60,044 bases of DNA, filler included, from Jimgerdemannia flammicorona (GCA_003990765.1; 3 parts of 3 records of this genome joined end to end with filler, not necessarily neighbours in it); one strand, 5' to 3'. Shown: positions 35,100 through 48,082, numbered from the whole stretch's first letter. Translations and numbers: made by a program. The notes: generated by a model not told the origin, from the letters alone.

Positions 35100-37900
35100 A
35101 TATCTCTCTCTTAAAACTATTATATTATATTATAGTTATTTATAGATTTTTTTTCTATATTTGGGTTTTCCTACTATTAGAATCTATCTCTATTCTTCAT
35201 TTTTACTATAGTTTTCTATATTTTAAGCATATATAGATAGTATTCTTTTAGTATATTTATAGTTATTTTGTAATTGTTGCTTAGTTATATTACATTTCTA
35301 CTTATATTATATTCTTTTTTAAATATTATCTCATTGAGCAGGAGTGTTGAAATTCTCATTATTATATATCTCAATAATATTACTTATATAAAACTATATT
35401 TTCTTATAATACTACTACTCTTCTCTCAACTTTATATTTCTAACATTATCTTCTATAGTCCATAACTCTATCTGAAGCTTACTAATTTACTTATAAATTT
35501 ATCCAGATTACTCTCAGTTAGTACTTTTACTACTATCTTCTATAAACTCTATTTCAGCTCCTTATCTAGTCTCTACTCTCTATTTTATTACTCTCTACTA
35601 GTTATCTTATCTATATCTCTTCAAAAAACCCTAGTTAGTTGCTTAAATCTTCTCTATCAATTTCTTATAGACTTTTCTTCAGCTTGTCATTTGATTACCT
35701 TTTGCTTTATTATCTCAACTAATCTTCCCCTCTTCTTCTTCTTTTTAAAAGAGAAATATTCAATCTTTATTAACTCTCACTACTCTTTTAGATACTAAAC
35801 TTTTCCTCAATCTCTACTTTATAATAATCTGATCAAAGATAATACTAAATATTGATCTTATTAAAATATTTTTTCAGTATTCTTCAACTAAAATCTAATC
35901 AATATATATCTTAACTAGACTATTATTAACTGAATATTATTTTGTAAATAGACTAGCTATCTTGTTCCTTTTTTACCAGATAATATCTATTAAGCCTATC
36001 ACTCTTTCTATTTATATATATTCACTTTGTCAAATCAAGAGAGACAGATATATCAATATTTTAGTCAGATCTATCTAATTATCTATCTCTAACTATATAT
36101 ATTAAAATCTTCTCTAAAAATATCCAACATTATCTTATCTAATCTTTCTAAGCTATCTACTTTTTTAGTCATTATTTTTACTCTCTATTAACTATAAAGA
36201 GATAGATAGAATATACTAATAATCTATTATCTATACTCTCTCTTAGCTAAAAATATCTAAACCTCTACCAACTCTCTTCTCTCTATATTAAACGAAATAT
36301 CAATCTGTTATTTTTATTTAATACTATTAAACTATTCTTTACTCTATTTAGCAAAATCTTTCTCACTATAAGCTTTAATATTCTGAGTACTTTTAGCTAT
36401 TAGAAAAGTTAGCTTCTCTTAATATATACTATTATATAACTAATTGATATTAAGAGATAATATTTATATATAAATATTTTATAAGATACATATAATAGTA
36501 AGTTATGACTACTTTTACTACTTCAGCAATCTTTGCAGTCCTTATAATAATGATATTCTTCTACTCATCATAGATAGTTCTTTTAATATACTTTTTATCC
36601 TTACTCTCACAATACTTGATAATATACTCTACTGTTATCTTTTTGATTTCTACTAATCTAATTCTATCTAACTCATAACTCTCACTCTCCAAGAGCTATT
36701 ACTAAGATTAAAATTAACTTTAGATATTAAAAGATAATATTTAAAAAATTGGCCTCTATCTCTTATAATTTATCTAGTACTTAGAATAAATTAAATCAAA
36801 GATAAATTTGATTTAAAGTTCAATTTAAACCTAATTTTTCAAAATTCAATAACTTAACCACAATAAATTCAAATTTAATAAATTATAACTTATTAGATAT
36901 ACCTTATTATAATAAATATAAACAATAAAGCATTTTAAATTTAGATATATTTTTATTAAGATAATATATTTTGAAGTTAGAATTGAATCAGACTCTAACT
37001 CAATTTGAACTCAATTTAATTTGAATTTAATTTAAATTAAAAAACCTCTAATATAATTTGATTTAAATTAATTTAATTTATTTGAAAGCTAGATCTATCA
37101 AATATATCCAACTTCTTAATATTTACTTCTACTAACTTCATCAAAGCTAAATTGAATCAATATTTCTTTACAAAGTCTCTGAGAAAAGATATCTGAAACC
37201 TGGAGATCTAACTTAACTCCTAAAGTATCTTTCTATTCTCTAATATATTTAATGGAATATCTGTAAAATTATTTTCATCAATAGTCTTTATTAGCCTTAC
37301 TATCTTATTAGTCTCTAGATAGTCTCAATATACTCTTATTGTCTCAGTTACATATTTAAATATCCTCTATCTGAATTTTTAATACTATTTCTATCTCTCT
37401 CAAATTTACTCTATAGTATTACAAAATACAGCTATATAAATCTATTTCTTTATTTTACTTTATATATATCTTAGATTATTATTAATATTAATAATACTTA
37501 AAGCTTATTTATATAAATTATATTATTATAGATATTTACTTATCGAGTATAATTGATTTACTTATTGAAAAAAAAAAAAATTATACATCTATATATAATA
37601 TTTTTATTATATTTTTTAAACAGACATAAATAGTTCTTTTTTAGTTTATATACAGTTTTTACAATTTATCATGAATGGTAAGTTACATATATTTTAATAA
37701 TCTGAGAGATCTGATTATATAAAGAGAATGTAAAAAAAACTATTTAATCTTAATATTACTATATTTACAAATCTATTATAATATTATATAATGATATAAA
37801 TTTGTTAATATCTCTAATCAATCAATAACTGTAGAGTAGTAACTGGATCATATTATGTGTATGAATTAATAATTACCCATAAAATAATAATAAGTATTCA
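35100..37900. repeat. Extremely AT-rich degenerate repeat relic, family not assignable
   Basis: Almost no CpG, strong TA excess, no credible ORF. Confidence 0.5.
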
Positions 37901-38951
37901 AAGAATGACTATTATCTGTAAAATGATATTATGTATCCAAAGAATGATAACTATTTTCAGTTTGAAGCAATTAGGCACAACAATCACAATTACCTTCCCT
38001 TAATAGTCAACCCGCAACAGAACTCGTCCCTCTTCCGTTTAAAAAGAATGAATCAAGAAAATTGAAGCATGAAACGAAGAACTCGAATTCAAATTAACAG
38101 AGGCATGCATTACAAGTGTAATTGACACTATTAACAAGCAAGGTCAGAAAGAAACACACAGCTTAACAACAGTTTCTGAGTGTCATTGTTATTGGTTGCG
38201 ATATTTGTTTTTCCCAACCTCAATTGAAAAAATAAAATAAAATTAAAAATTGTATAAGTCCGTTTAGCGTTGTTGTTTCTAGCATGCAAGAAATCTTGTA
38301 CTGGGATGTAAAAGATCTTCCAAAGCCCCCGGGCGCGCCAAAATGGGTACTGATCGAGTGAGGGGAACGAGAAGGGAAGGAGAAGAGGACATCAAAACGA
38401 GCAACAAAGTGAACGTTGGATTTGGCTGGTTAAAGCACGCGCTTCCCAGGCGCCCTCGCCTACGGCGATGAAGACCAACCTTTAATCGTATTTCACTAGG
38501 GATGGGAGGGAGGGGTGCGCGAAAACAGCTTGGGAGCTACTACTAGAGACTAATGCTATGCGAAGTACTGATGCTAAACTATTGTTCGGCTTATTGCTGC
38601 GGTGAATAAAAGTGCCCCTGAATTGTACTAACTATGTATACTACGGTTGGGGTACGCTACGTGTACTGAAATAGACTGTTCTAGGCTCCTTTCGCCTCAG
38701 GGACTTTGCCGCAGTTTGAACTACGTTCATAACTCTGACAATTTCTTTTTTTGAATATTTTTTTTTTCTTATCATACTAGTCAGATCTCCGAGGAAGGAC
38801 GTCTCTACCGGGGATTCTCTTTACAGTTTCGATGATTAGGGTTGGACTGCATGGAGGCTTAGACGGAAGAACCTGTGATAAGTCTCAATCCATAGATTGC
38901 ATGTGACGATCGGGTTCGACCCGAAAAGGGCATACCCTGCAAGGGGCGAAT

Positions 38952-39999
38952 TTGTCAAACACAAGTCCGATATCTTACCTTGCGAACACACGTATACTCA
39001 AAAATATGCAACTATCCTTGTTAAAGGATACCAAGAGTGGCCCCAAGGAAATCAGAGTACTCGTCAAGGTTTCCGCTGCCGATGATGAGCAGGCGAATCT
39101 CATTTACAGCCATTCCTTCGACCTTCAGCGTCTCCAAACCGGTCGATCAATTGCTGTCGAAGTCTTTAACGTAAAACCCAAGTCTACAGACCTCAGAAAT
39201 TATGGCAAAAAGTTATTCTGCGCCCTCTTTTCGGAAGATACATCCAGTTATGCATCGAAGATGTTGCAGGATATATTGCAGTCTCACTCCAAGGGTCGGA
39301 TCCTCCTAGAGCTCAACGGAGACCACGACCTTGACATCATCCCCTGGGAATATGCATGGGGAAACCATGCGTTTCTGGTCCATCAATGCGCATTTTCTCG
39401 CATGTTCAATGTGATTCGAAACCGCTCGCATCCAGATCTAAATCAGAGATTTTCGACGTTTTTTGGAGCCCTCTTTCGAACCGACCCTAACCGAACCATA
39501 TTGGACAATCAGGATGAGCAGCCAAACCTTCCACTGCGCATTGTTGTCGTCGTGCCAGACCCCGTCATCCCCTCAGACCATCCCGACGCCAACCTTCCAG
39601 ATTTGCACTTAAGCGACCAGTTCCAAAACTTCATCAATGGTCACCGTGCCAACACCAAAAAAGTAATATTGGAGCCCGTGTCCCCGCTGACCGTCGATCG
39701 AATGGATGCTTTGCTTATGAACAAGTCCGGGACTGCTACTGTGCTTCATTTCATGGGACACTGCACAGGGGACAATGACAATACAAGGACCCTCATTTTC
39801 GAAAATAGCGAGACTGGCGAACCCGAACACATTGATACCTTACGCCTAATCAGCGCGGCCAAGAACTTGAGCCTCGCGTTTCTGTCCGCCTGCGATACTC
39901 GCAGTGTTGCCCGCGTCCTGTTGGAGTACGGTGTTCCATATACCATTGGTTCATGCTGTTCCTTGCCAGACGATCTCGCCCGCAAATTTGAGTCCAAGT
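38952..39999 (+). CDS. CHAT-domain (caspase-like, clan CD) protease gene, 3'-truncated by contig end
   Basis: LDIIPWEYA, LRIVVVVPDP, VLHFMGHC (His at 39759), LIFEN, LAFLSACDT (Cys at 39891) and GVPYTIG are typical CHAT motifs. First ATG at 39006; true start uncertain. Confidence 0.85.
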
Positions 40000-40099
40000 N
40001 NNNNNNNNNNNNNNNNNNNNNNNNNNNNNNNNNNNNNNNNNNNTTAATTAATTAANNNNNNNNNNNNNNNNNNNNNNNNNNNNNNNNNNNNNNNNNNNN
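40000..40099. other. Artificial contig-join spacer (N44 + TTAATTAATTAA + N44)
   Basis: Same 100-nt structure as 19951-20050. Confidence 0.97.
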
Positions 40100-42191
40100 C
40101 AAACTTGTATAAATAACCCAGTATCTTCGAGTGAATAAACCTCAGATCAAAATAGTTCAAAGCAAAGAGATAGCAAAGGAACTAGTAAGCCTGCAGGCAG
40201 ATACACTTCGAACTCACCCACCCTCCCCTGTAACTCAAAGGACTCTGAGGAGTCAGAGAAGATCAAGTTTTCAAGATACAGAAATCTGACGTACTTTTAA
40301 GAGTAAGCATCTGCTACATTACACTATCTAGGAGGAATAAATATATACAATAAAGCAAAAAGAACAATGTGGTGGCTGGGAATAGAGAAAGATATCAAAA
40401 AATTCATCAAGACCTATAATAAATATCAGAAACAAAAATATGACCAATGAAATCAAAACTCTAGATCAGTACACATAGAACCAGTACTCTTTACATATAT
40501 TGCAATAGATATAATTGACTCTCTACCCTTGACCTTGACTGGCAACTAATACATCATCATCATTATAGATCTTTTCATGAAGTGGATAGAAGCAGAACCC
40601 CTCAAAGAAGCCAATGCTCAGTCAATTGCTGATTTCTTCAATAAAGAAATCATCTGCCTATTCAAGACCCCAGCATAAATAACTATAGATAGAGGAATAG
40701 AATTTGTGAATCAGTTCTTTGAGGTTCTCTACAAGAAGTACAAGATCTAGTATATATTTGAACTACAGCCTATCACCCTTAGGGAAATGAATAAGCAGAA
40801 AGAACCAATAAGATTCTCAAGAATGTCATTATCAAGATCTGTAATAATTACAAAAACTGGGATCACTATCTGCCAATAGCATTATCTGCTCTTTGAGATA
40901 TCTAATTACAAAGTACCCATTTTATCCCTCAAGAGATACTATTTGGAAAAGAAAGTTCTCAAGAAACCCTATTGTTCAATAGAGATACTGTATGGAAATA
41001 CATGGCCACAGAGATACAGAGACTATACCAAATCAGAAAGAAGTCTGAAGATTACATAACTAAGATACAGATATTATAACCAAATAATGTAGAAAAGATT
41101 TACAAGCCTTTGGAGATTATTAAGATAGGAGATAAAGTTCTGATATATCAGAATATAGTAGAAGCTTCATGGTTATGAAAACTGGAGCCTAAGTAGAAAG
41201 GACCTTATCTTATATAAGTTATAAAAAGAACTACCTTTTGGCTATAAAAGCTCTAATAACTGAAGTACTGCAACAGTACTCAAGATTACTGGTACTGCTC
41301 AAAGAGCTATTGAAAGAAGTGGTACACCACTAAATCTCTAACTATAGAGAGATCTTATGATAGTATTCAGAGTATTATCTAGATATACTTGTCATGAATC
41401 TTATACTTCAAGACCTACTACTATCAAACAGAATTCCAAGAGTACTTCAAACTTGGATAGATACTTAATCAGAACTCAGAAATGACTAAAGAGGATTACA
41501 TTACAGAATGCCAGCTATCCTATTCACAGATCACTATTGTCAAAAGGATCTATAAGTTATTTTGAGATGATGAACCAGCACTAGCCCACCTGTGAGAAGT
41601 AATACCTATAAACTTTGAGCTAGTAAGGTAATACCATTAGGCAATAGTAATATAACAAATTGTATAGTATAAGACTATACAGACTATTGAAGTTAGGAGT
41701 TTGAATAGATGCTTCAGAGATGAGATCATCTATTCAGAAGGAAGTTATAATAGTAGAGCCAAATTTGGAAAAAGGAATTAGAGATAGATATTTGATCACA
41801 ACTAGTCTCAAATTAGTATAGTCATATAGTTAGCAGTCACTGATTTCAATAGTTCCTAAATATTTTGAAATATTTGAAATAGAAAACCTGATATAGTATA
41901 GCATTTCAACAATGTCAAAATATTTTAATACTTTTGAAACAACTTATAACTTAACCACCTACTTTATAGCTAGCAAACTTGTATAAATATCTTTAATATC
42001 TAGAGTGAATAAACCTCAGATCAAAATAGTTCAAAGTAAATAGAAAGCAAAGAAACTAGTAAGCCTGCAGGCAGATACACTTTGAACTCACCCATTCCTA
42101 TAACCAAGAACTCTGTAGAGTTAAAGAAGATCAAGTTTTTAAGATACAGAAATATGATATACTTATACAGTTATGTGTCTGCTATATTACA
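40100..42191 (+). mobile_element. Gypsy relic: partial LTR (40100-40323), integrase fragment, accessory ORF, PPT and LTR (41746-42191)
   Basis: The two LTR copies share CAAACTTGTATAAATA...GAGTGAATAAACCTCAGATCAAAATAGTTC and end ATTACA. The integrase (IAIDII, DLFMKWIEA, EPK*KGPY) is homologous to 11080-12060. Confidence 0.88.
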
Positions 42192-42780
42192 GTATATTGA
42201 GAATATTTTGAATATATTCAATATATCTTGTATTGTCTGATAGACCTCCAATATAGGTCTGTCCATTTTTAGCTAAAATTATCTTAGCATATTACAGCTA
42301 TTTTCTTATTTAATATATATACATATTATTATATTCAAGTTTAGATATATGTACAGCTATAAAGTATAGTAGCCTCTTGTATTGCCTGAGCAGATCTGGT
42401 GTCTTTTTAGTCTACAATATATATATATATATATATGAGATAGGGAAATATTAAATAATACTATTGAACAAATATAGGTTATTTTTAATAAAAAAAACAC
42501 CATATTGCCAGATAATGCCATATTTGCACTCTATTATAAATTAGTTTTTTATATAAGATATTTATATCTTCTCTTCATTGAATAATTTGAGCGTCATTCT
42601 GTTGAAGTTTCTTTCTTATTGATTTGAATTTACTTACTGATATTATAAGTTATAACAGAGTGCAGACAGCGACAGCATCGCGGATCGTGACAGCCACGCG
42701 CAAAAGTGTTTGATGCCTGATTTATATATATACAACGGGTATTTTGATCGTCAGGTACGACGGACATTAAGTTATGGGAG

Positions 42781-43020
42781 ATCCTTCAACTCCGCCCTTG
42801 CGACACTGTCTTGCGCAAAATTCCTTCACTTCACTCCAGATAACTACACAAGTTCCCTTTAGGTATGCCAAATTACTTTACAGCTGGCCACGCGCTCATC
42901 ATTGGAGCTGGCACTCAACCCTCTAACTGGCTGGCCACGGTCCTCAAACAGCCATCGCTGTGTGCCTACCTGGAGCATAAGGTCAAGGTCCTTGTAGGCG
43001 GAATCATCCAGGGGCTGGAT
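42781..43020 (+). pseudogene. Third, 5'-only and internally deleted remnant of the caspase-like gene plus its upstream region
   Basis: MPNYFTAGHALIIGAGT/NWLATVLKQPSLCAYLEHKVKVLVGG matches 56114 onward. Upstream CCTTCACTTCACTC..GAT.ACTACACAA is shared with 56070-56100. Confidence 0.85.
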
Positions 43021-43527
43021 AACAAAACTGAAAGGTGCGCAATATGCATTTTTTCTAGGGGAAGGGAAGATAAATTTGGACTATGTAACTTTCACACAGA
43101 TACTGCGCGGTGGATCGATGAGTTGGTGACAGCCGAAGGGGGATTGCGGACAAGTTCTTTGTTTGTCTACAAACGTGAACGAGAAGTTTGGGAGCATATC
43201 AAAGAGACCATTGAAAAAAACCATATCCTCTATGCGAAAATGCTCTTACATGTAATTTTATGGCGACGCAATCCTCAAGGCCCGAGAGAAGGTTATTTAT
43301 TGTTGACCTTTCCGTTGCTATAAATGTTAGCTAAAGGCATCTTAATGTTATATGTAGTGTGAGCGGCCTTTCAAATACGCGCTCAATTACGTCTCTTTTG
43401 AGAACATGGGCATATCAGAATGTCCGAGCGCGCGAACCCTGTTCAGTACTTGATCAACTTAAAAGAATGGCGGGCAATGCGATAACGTCATCAGTTGAAT
43501 TTCCAGAACACAGTAGAGGAAACCTAT

Positions 43528-43581
<54 letters not shown>

Positions 43582-44909
43582 TCATACAAAGATTTGGCAA
43601 CGATGCCCGCGGAGAATACGATGGAGCAACTGCTCTAACCTTCCCATCACCATCGCAACCATGCTTGGTTTCTTGTCATTTCTTTGTACGCAGCTGCTAT
43701 CGAGGTCATTCACGTTTCTTTTTTTAACATTACGATTCTATAGAACAATCTCGGGGGCACTTTCGTTGCTCGATGGCTTGGAACCGTCGATTGTATTTAC
43801 GGATACAAGCAATAATTTCACGCTAGAATGGCGTGTTAAATGCATTCATTTGCGACAGAATCCGGTTTGGATATAGAAACATTCTTTTGCGCAAATGGCA
43901 GGGGTAGGCCAGGAAACAAACTAAACATCTAATCAGGTGCGGTGCCACTGGAATTCGAGACACATTTTGCGACGATATCATAGAAATGCCTTGGAACCGA
44001 CATAGAGATTTTTACGCCTCGTTAGTGAAAGTATATATAAGCTTAGTTTATATTATTATTATATAATTAGACTCTATGCTAATAAATATGTAAAATATCC
44101 CTTAGCTCATTTTCCATTTAATTTTAAACAAAATAAAAAATTCTGGTAATATAGAGGAACTGAGGGGCAGCGATATGAATAGTGTTATATTGGAATCACC
44201 GTGTTATCACCGGCTCGCTTTCGAACTATACATCGCGTCTCCGATACCATCGAGCTCCACATCATCGCCTCACTAATCCACACCGAACCAACGGTTTCTG
44301 ATGCGTTGAATACGGAAATGTAATCATACGGATCTCAAAAATACTTATTAAAAAATAATACTCAACTACAGCTCTGGGGGAGCGCGGGGTAAATTTCTCG
44401 ATGCCTGGATAACGACACCATATATTTATTTTGTTTACTTGGTATGCAGTGTCTCCCAAGATCCATTTTTCTGGCTCTACAATCATGTGATATCCAGTCA
44501 GACCCCGTTAATAGAGTTACGTGAAGAAGTAATACCGGCGTGCACGGCAATAGATACGCATCCATAGTTCTCAATTCGTTACACTAACTCATAGATTTTC
44601 TGACCCATAGTTGAACTCACAAAGTGCGAATGACGTCAAGCACAATTTTTATATAATGTGACCGAGATTGAATTACTGGATCCGTTAGTCGGAGACACGA
44701 GAGTAATTCTGGGATACATTGTTGCGACAGGATGTATACGTAGAGTGCGTTCCCATTATGTGTAAGTGTAGAAAGAAAGCGACAGAACCTTTAATTTTGA
44801 TGATCATGTTAAAACACGCCATCCGTTTCTCACATGTGCCATTTCATTAATATTGAAATAATTCCTACAAATATATTAATGGAGGACTTCTGTGTGGCAT
44901 TTTGCTATT

Positions 44910-45910
44910 TCACCGCCTCCAACCGTCTATACCATTTGTATAGCTGAAGTTGGCATTATCACCAAGCTGGTTTTGACCGGTAAGCGTAGGATCGTTGATG
45001 TGTTCAACGGTTATCGTGTTACTGTAGGTTGGAGCGGACATACATCTGCGGTCTCTTCCGTCTTCCTCATCACTGTCGATATCAACTCGAACCTCATATC
45101 ACCGAGCAACGGAAACTGGCTCGCCAATCCAGTAGTGCAGTGCCCTACCATAAAGTTATCTCACTTGTAGTCGAAACACGGTTGCCGCATTTTGATCTTG
45201 AAGGTAGCATATCCCACGCATGCCGCAAAGATATCGGAGCAGTATACCTCGGCCTTACCGGCCTCCTTGCCCTTACCCGAGAACCCGCGGGAGAGCCCGA
45301 TTGAAAAGACGCTGTATGTCTTATTCTTTACCGAGAGCCCGGTATGGACCTTTTGCGATGGTCGCACCGCGGACAGATAGGCGAAACCAGCAACCTGCTG
45401 AGTTGTTTGTCGCTAGCGGCGTGGCATTCCGACCAGGACCGAGGGTCGCTTCACTGTCGCCGCCGCGTTTTGTCATGACACGGCTGGCGTAGCAAGCGTT
45501 CAGGAGCAGTAAAACCCGACCCTCGAACGCCCGTAGATTGTCGGACAGCAGGTCCCCGTCGATGCCGCGGGTGGCGGCGGATCCATTGCCCTGCAATTAG
45601 AAGGGATCAGGTAGATCTTCGAGTTTCCTTCCCTGAAATAAAACACCACAACACTGCACTGCTCTTCGGAGTTGAGGAACAGAATTTTGAGGGCATCCAG
45701 CTCCTCGACGATGCGTTCTCATGTGGAGTATCCGCCTACGAAAACCTTGACCTGGTGCTCCGAGTAGGCGCACAGCGACGACTATTTGAGGACCGTAGCG
45801 AGCCAGTTGGCGTCGTTGATCGTACTTTTGTACATTTTGGGGGGCACACCTTTTATATCCGTCCCTGTTCCGAAGATGAGCGCGTGGCCTGCTGTAAAAT
45901 ATTTTGCCAT
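44910..45910 (-). pseudogene. Caspase-like (peptidase C14) protease pseudogene with C-terminal RHIM-like motif
   Basis: Paralogue of 56114-57145. Nonsense codons at 45782 (CAG>TAG) and 45161 (GGA>TGA), frameshifts, and the catalytic SGHG is destroyed. LLNACYA and the C-terminal ITVEHINDPTLTGQNQLGDNANFSY remain readable. Confidence 0.9.
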
Positions 45911-46199
45911 ATCCTTGGAGGGAACTTGTGTAGTTTTCTGGAGCGAAGTGACGGAATTTCGCCCAGAATAGCGTGAAAAGGGTCGGAGTTTCTAATCCAT
46001 CGGACTTGATTATTGGCGTGCAGTCGAACAAGTTAGGTAGTGCATGTGATTGTTTTCCACAGAAAAATAAACACTTCCGGTTTAGCCCTTTTGCATTCGG
46101 GATACTTTATATATTTATCCACGCTCTGCGTAGCTGCGGTAAATATTTAACTTCGCCTTTTTGACCCCCCTCGCTTGTCGCTGCGACTCCACGTTTCCA

Positions 46200-47443
46200 A
46201 TGGCTCGTAATCATCAACCTCCACCCTCGCATGGTCCATCCCCGTATGGTCCGCATGTTCCACCTCCACCCCAACATGCGCAGAACATACATGTAAGTGA
46301 AGTAAACGGACCTGCTTTCGCTGGACAAACTAGCATTGGTAATAATGCAAATTTTGGTAAGTACGACGTCCGTATGTCGAACTTGTCCTTTGAGCCGTCG
46401 ACCTAACCTCTCATTTTGACGTCTGTGGCAGAGTATACCAATTTGATAGTGAACCTCCAGCATAACCCGATACGCGCTTCGGGACCGGCTTACAAGCGAC
46501 TGGAAAGATATGCCCTTGAATTTGGGTTCGATTTTCAAAAGGTAATCAAATTATCATTTCGCTCTAGATCGTCGTCTAGTTTCGCGGGATTTACCGTGTT
46601 TTAACGTGCGTAATCCCTGTGCCTCCTCACCAGGACAATCCCAGGTTGCGAACTGCGCTAACTAAACACGTCACCCCCGCGGAGATAATCTTGCACGTTT
46701 CTGCAATACTGGGGGATGTTGAGGTCATCAGACTGCTCGTACAAACGGAAGGGGAGTACGAGGTATACGTGGACGCACGGCTTTGGGATGGTTGGACGCC
46801 ACTCCATCAGGCCGTGCGTTGTGGCAAGATTGAGGTGGTTTCCTTGCTTCTTCTAGAGCTCAGTGCTGAGGTGGATAAGGTGACGCTGGATGACAAGGGT
46901 CTGACGGCATTGCACGTCGCCGCGCTATATAACCGCGCGGAGATCGCGACGGTGATCGGCATAGCGCACCCGAACGTGGAGGCAAGGTCCAAGAAGGACT
47001 GGACGCCATTGCACGTCGCCGCCATGTGCGGACATGCAGAGGCGGCCGCCGCAATCGTCAACCTGAACGCCGACCGGCACGCGACGACCGATCGCAACTG
47101 GACCCCGATGCATTGCGCCGCGTTTGAGGGGCACGCGGATGCGCTGCGGGAGATCGCGCGTGTCCCGGGGACCGACGTTAACATGAAGGCTGTGGATGGT
47201 TGGACGCCCTTGCATTTGGCCGCAGCCGCTGGACACGCTAAGACGGTTGGGGTACTCTTGATGCTCCATGTCAAAATCAACGCGAAGGACGAAAATGGAC
47301 TCAATCCCCTTTCTGTGGCCAAAATGAAAGGGCACACGGAGGTGGTGAGGGTTCTCAAGCATCATGGAGGTGTTTTTGGCAGTATTCGGGACATATTTCG
47401 TGCATACTTGGAAAATCGAAAGTCATCCATGGAAAGACAGTAA
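46200..47443 (+). CDS. Ankyrin-repeat protein A (about 358 aa): Pro-rich N-terminus, RHIM-like motif, about 7 ANK repeats
   Basis: Exons 46200-46356, 46432-46541 and 46634-47443 (GTAAGT..CTAAC..GGCAG; GTAATC..CCAG) splice in frame. Repeats include GWTPLHQAV, GLTALHVAA, DWTPLHVAA, NWTPMHCAA and GWTPLHLAA. Confidence 0.92.
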
Positions 47444-48082
47444 GATATGGCCGTTATATCGAATGTGTCTTCCTATTCGTATTTGATCATTTCCGGCAAT
47501 GTATTTATGAATGCAACGATAATGTAACATGCATAGCATCCGTAATATTTCGAAATACATATGGGGCATGGCTCCGCCATTCGTTAATCGTCCGAGGAGG
47601 AAAACCATACATCCTTGGTTGTGCCCCCATCCAAATACCAACGTTTATTTCCCTTAATGGCAAAGCACCAGACTTTAAATCAGGCAACCGCGTTGTCAAT
47701 ACCAATGCAATTACCCTCTAGGTTCAAGGGGTCTGATATTGATCCCTCATGGCCGAAGTGTTCCATAATGACATGGATCATCAACACCGTGACAATTACT
47801 CTGGAGTTTTATCAAATATCAACGACGTGACTTGCCAAGGAAGCTAGCGTATCCGTTAGTCAGAGAATCGATAAGGAAACTTCACCAGAGACAATTGCAT
47901 ATTGTCACGAGCAATAGCGACCTAATTACTCTGAACACGAAAATACTCCGTTCGCTAAGTCTTCACATGAAAGGAATGCTGATATCTCAATACCTTTTAT
48001 AACCACCTTTGTGGAATATTTTGTAATATTTACTATATTGCTTTATTATATTCGACACGGACAGAACACAGTTATGCTCCAC

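Noticed and set aside
42865..43323. 152-aa ORF as an intact gene
   Set aside because: Only the first about 52 codons match the caspase, with deletions; the catalytic residues are absent and the rest is unrelated read-through.
43359..43727. Poly-Lys ORFs (also 30534-30836 and 50756-51154)
   Set aside because: Translations of poly(A) tracts with no other coding signal.
46807..47365. Long antisense ORFs over the ankyrin genes (also 54578-55310), present in both copies
   Set aside because: Expected shadows of GC-rich coding sequence; their apparent conservation follows from the sense gene.
46200..47443. Ankyrin gene as a truncated NLR
   Set aside because: No Walker A/B or NACHT remnant lies between the motif and the repeats in either copy; only about 50 residues separate them, and both copies share this compact structure.
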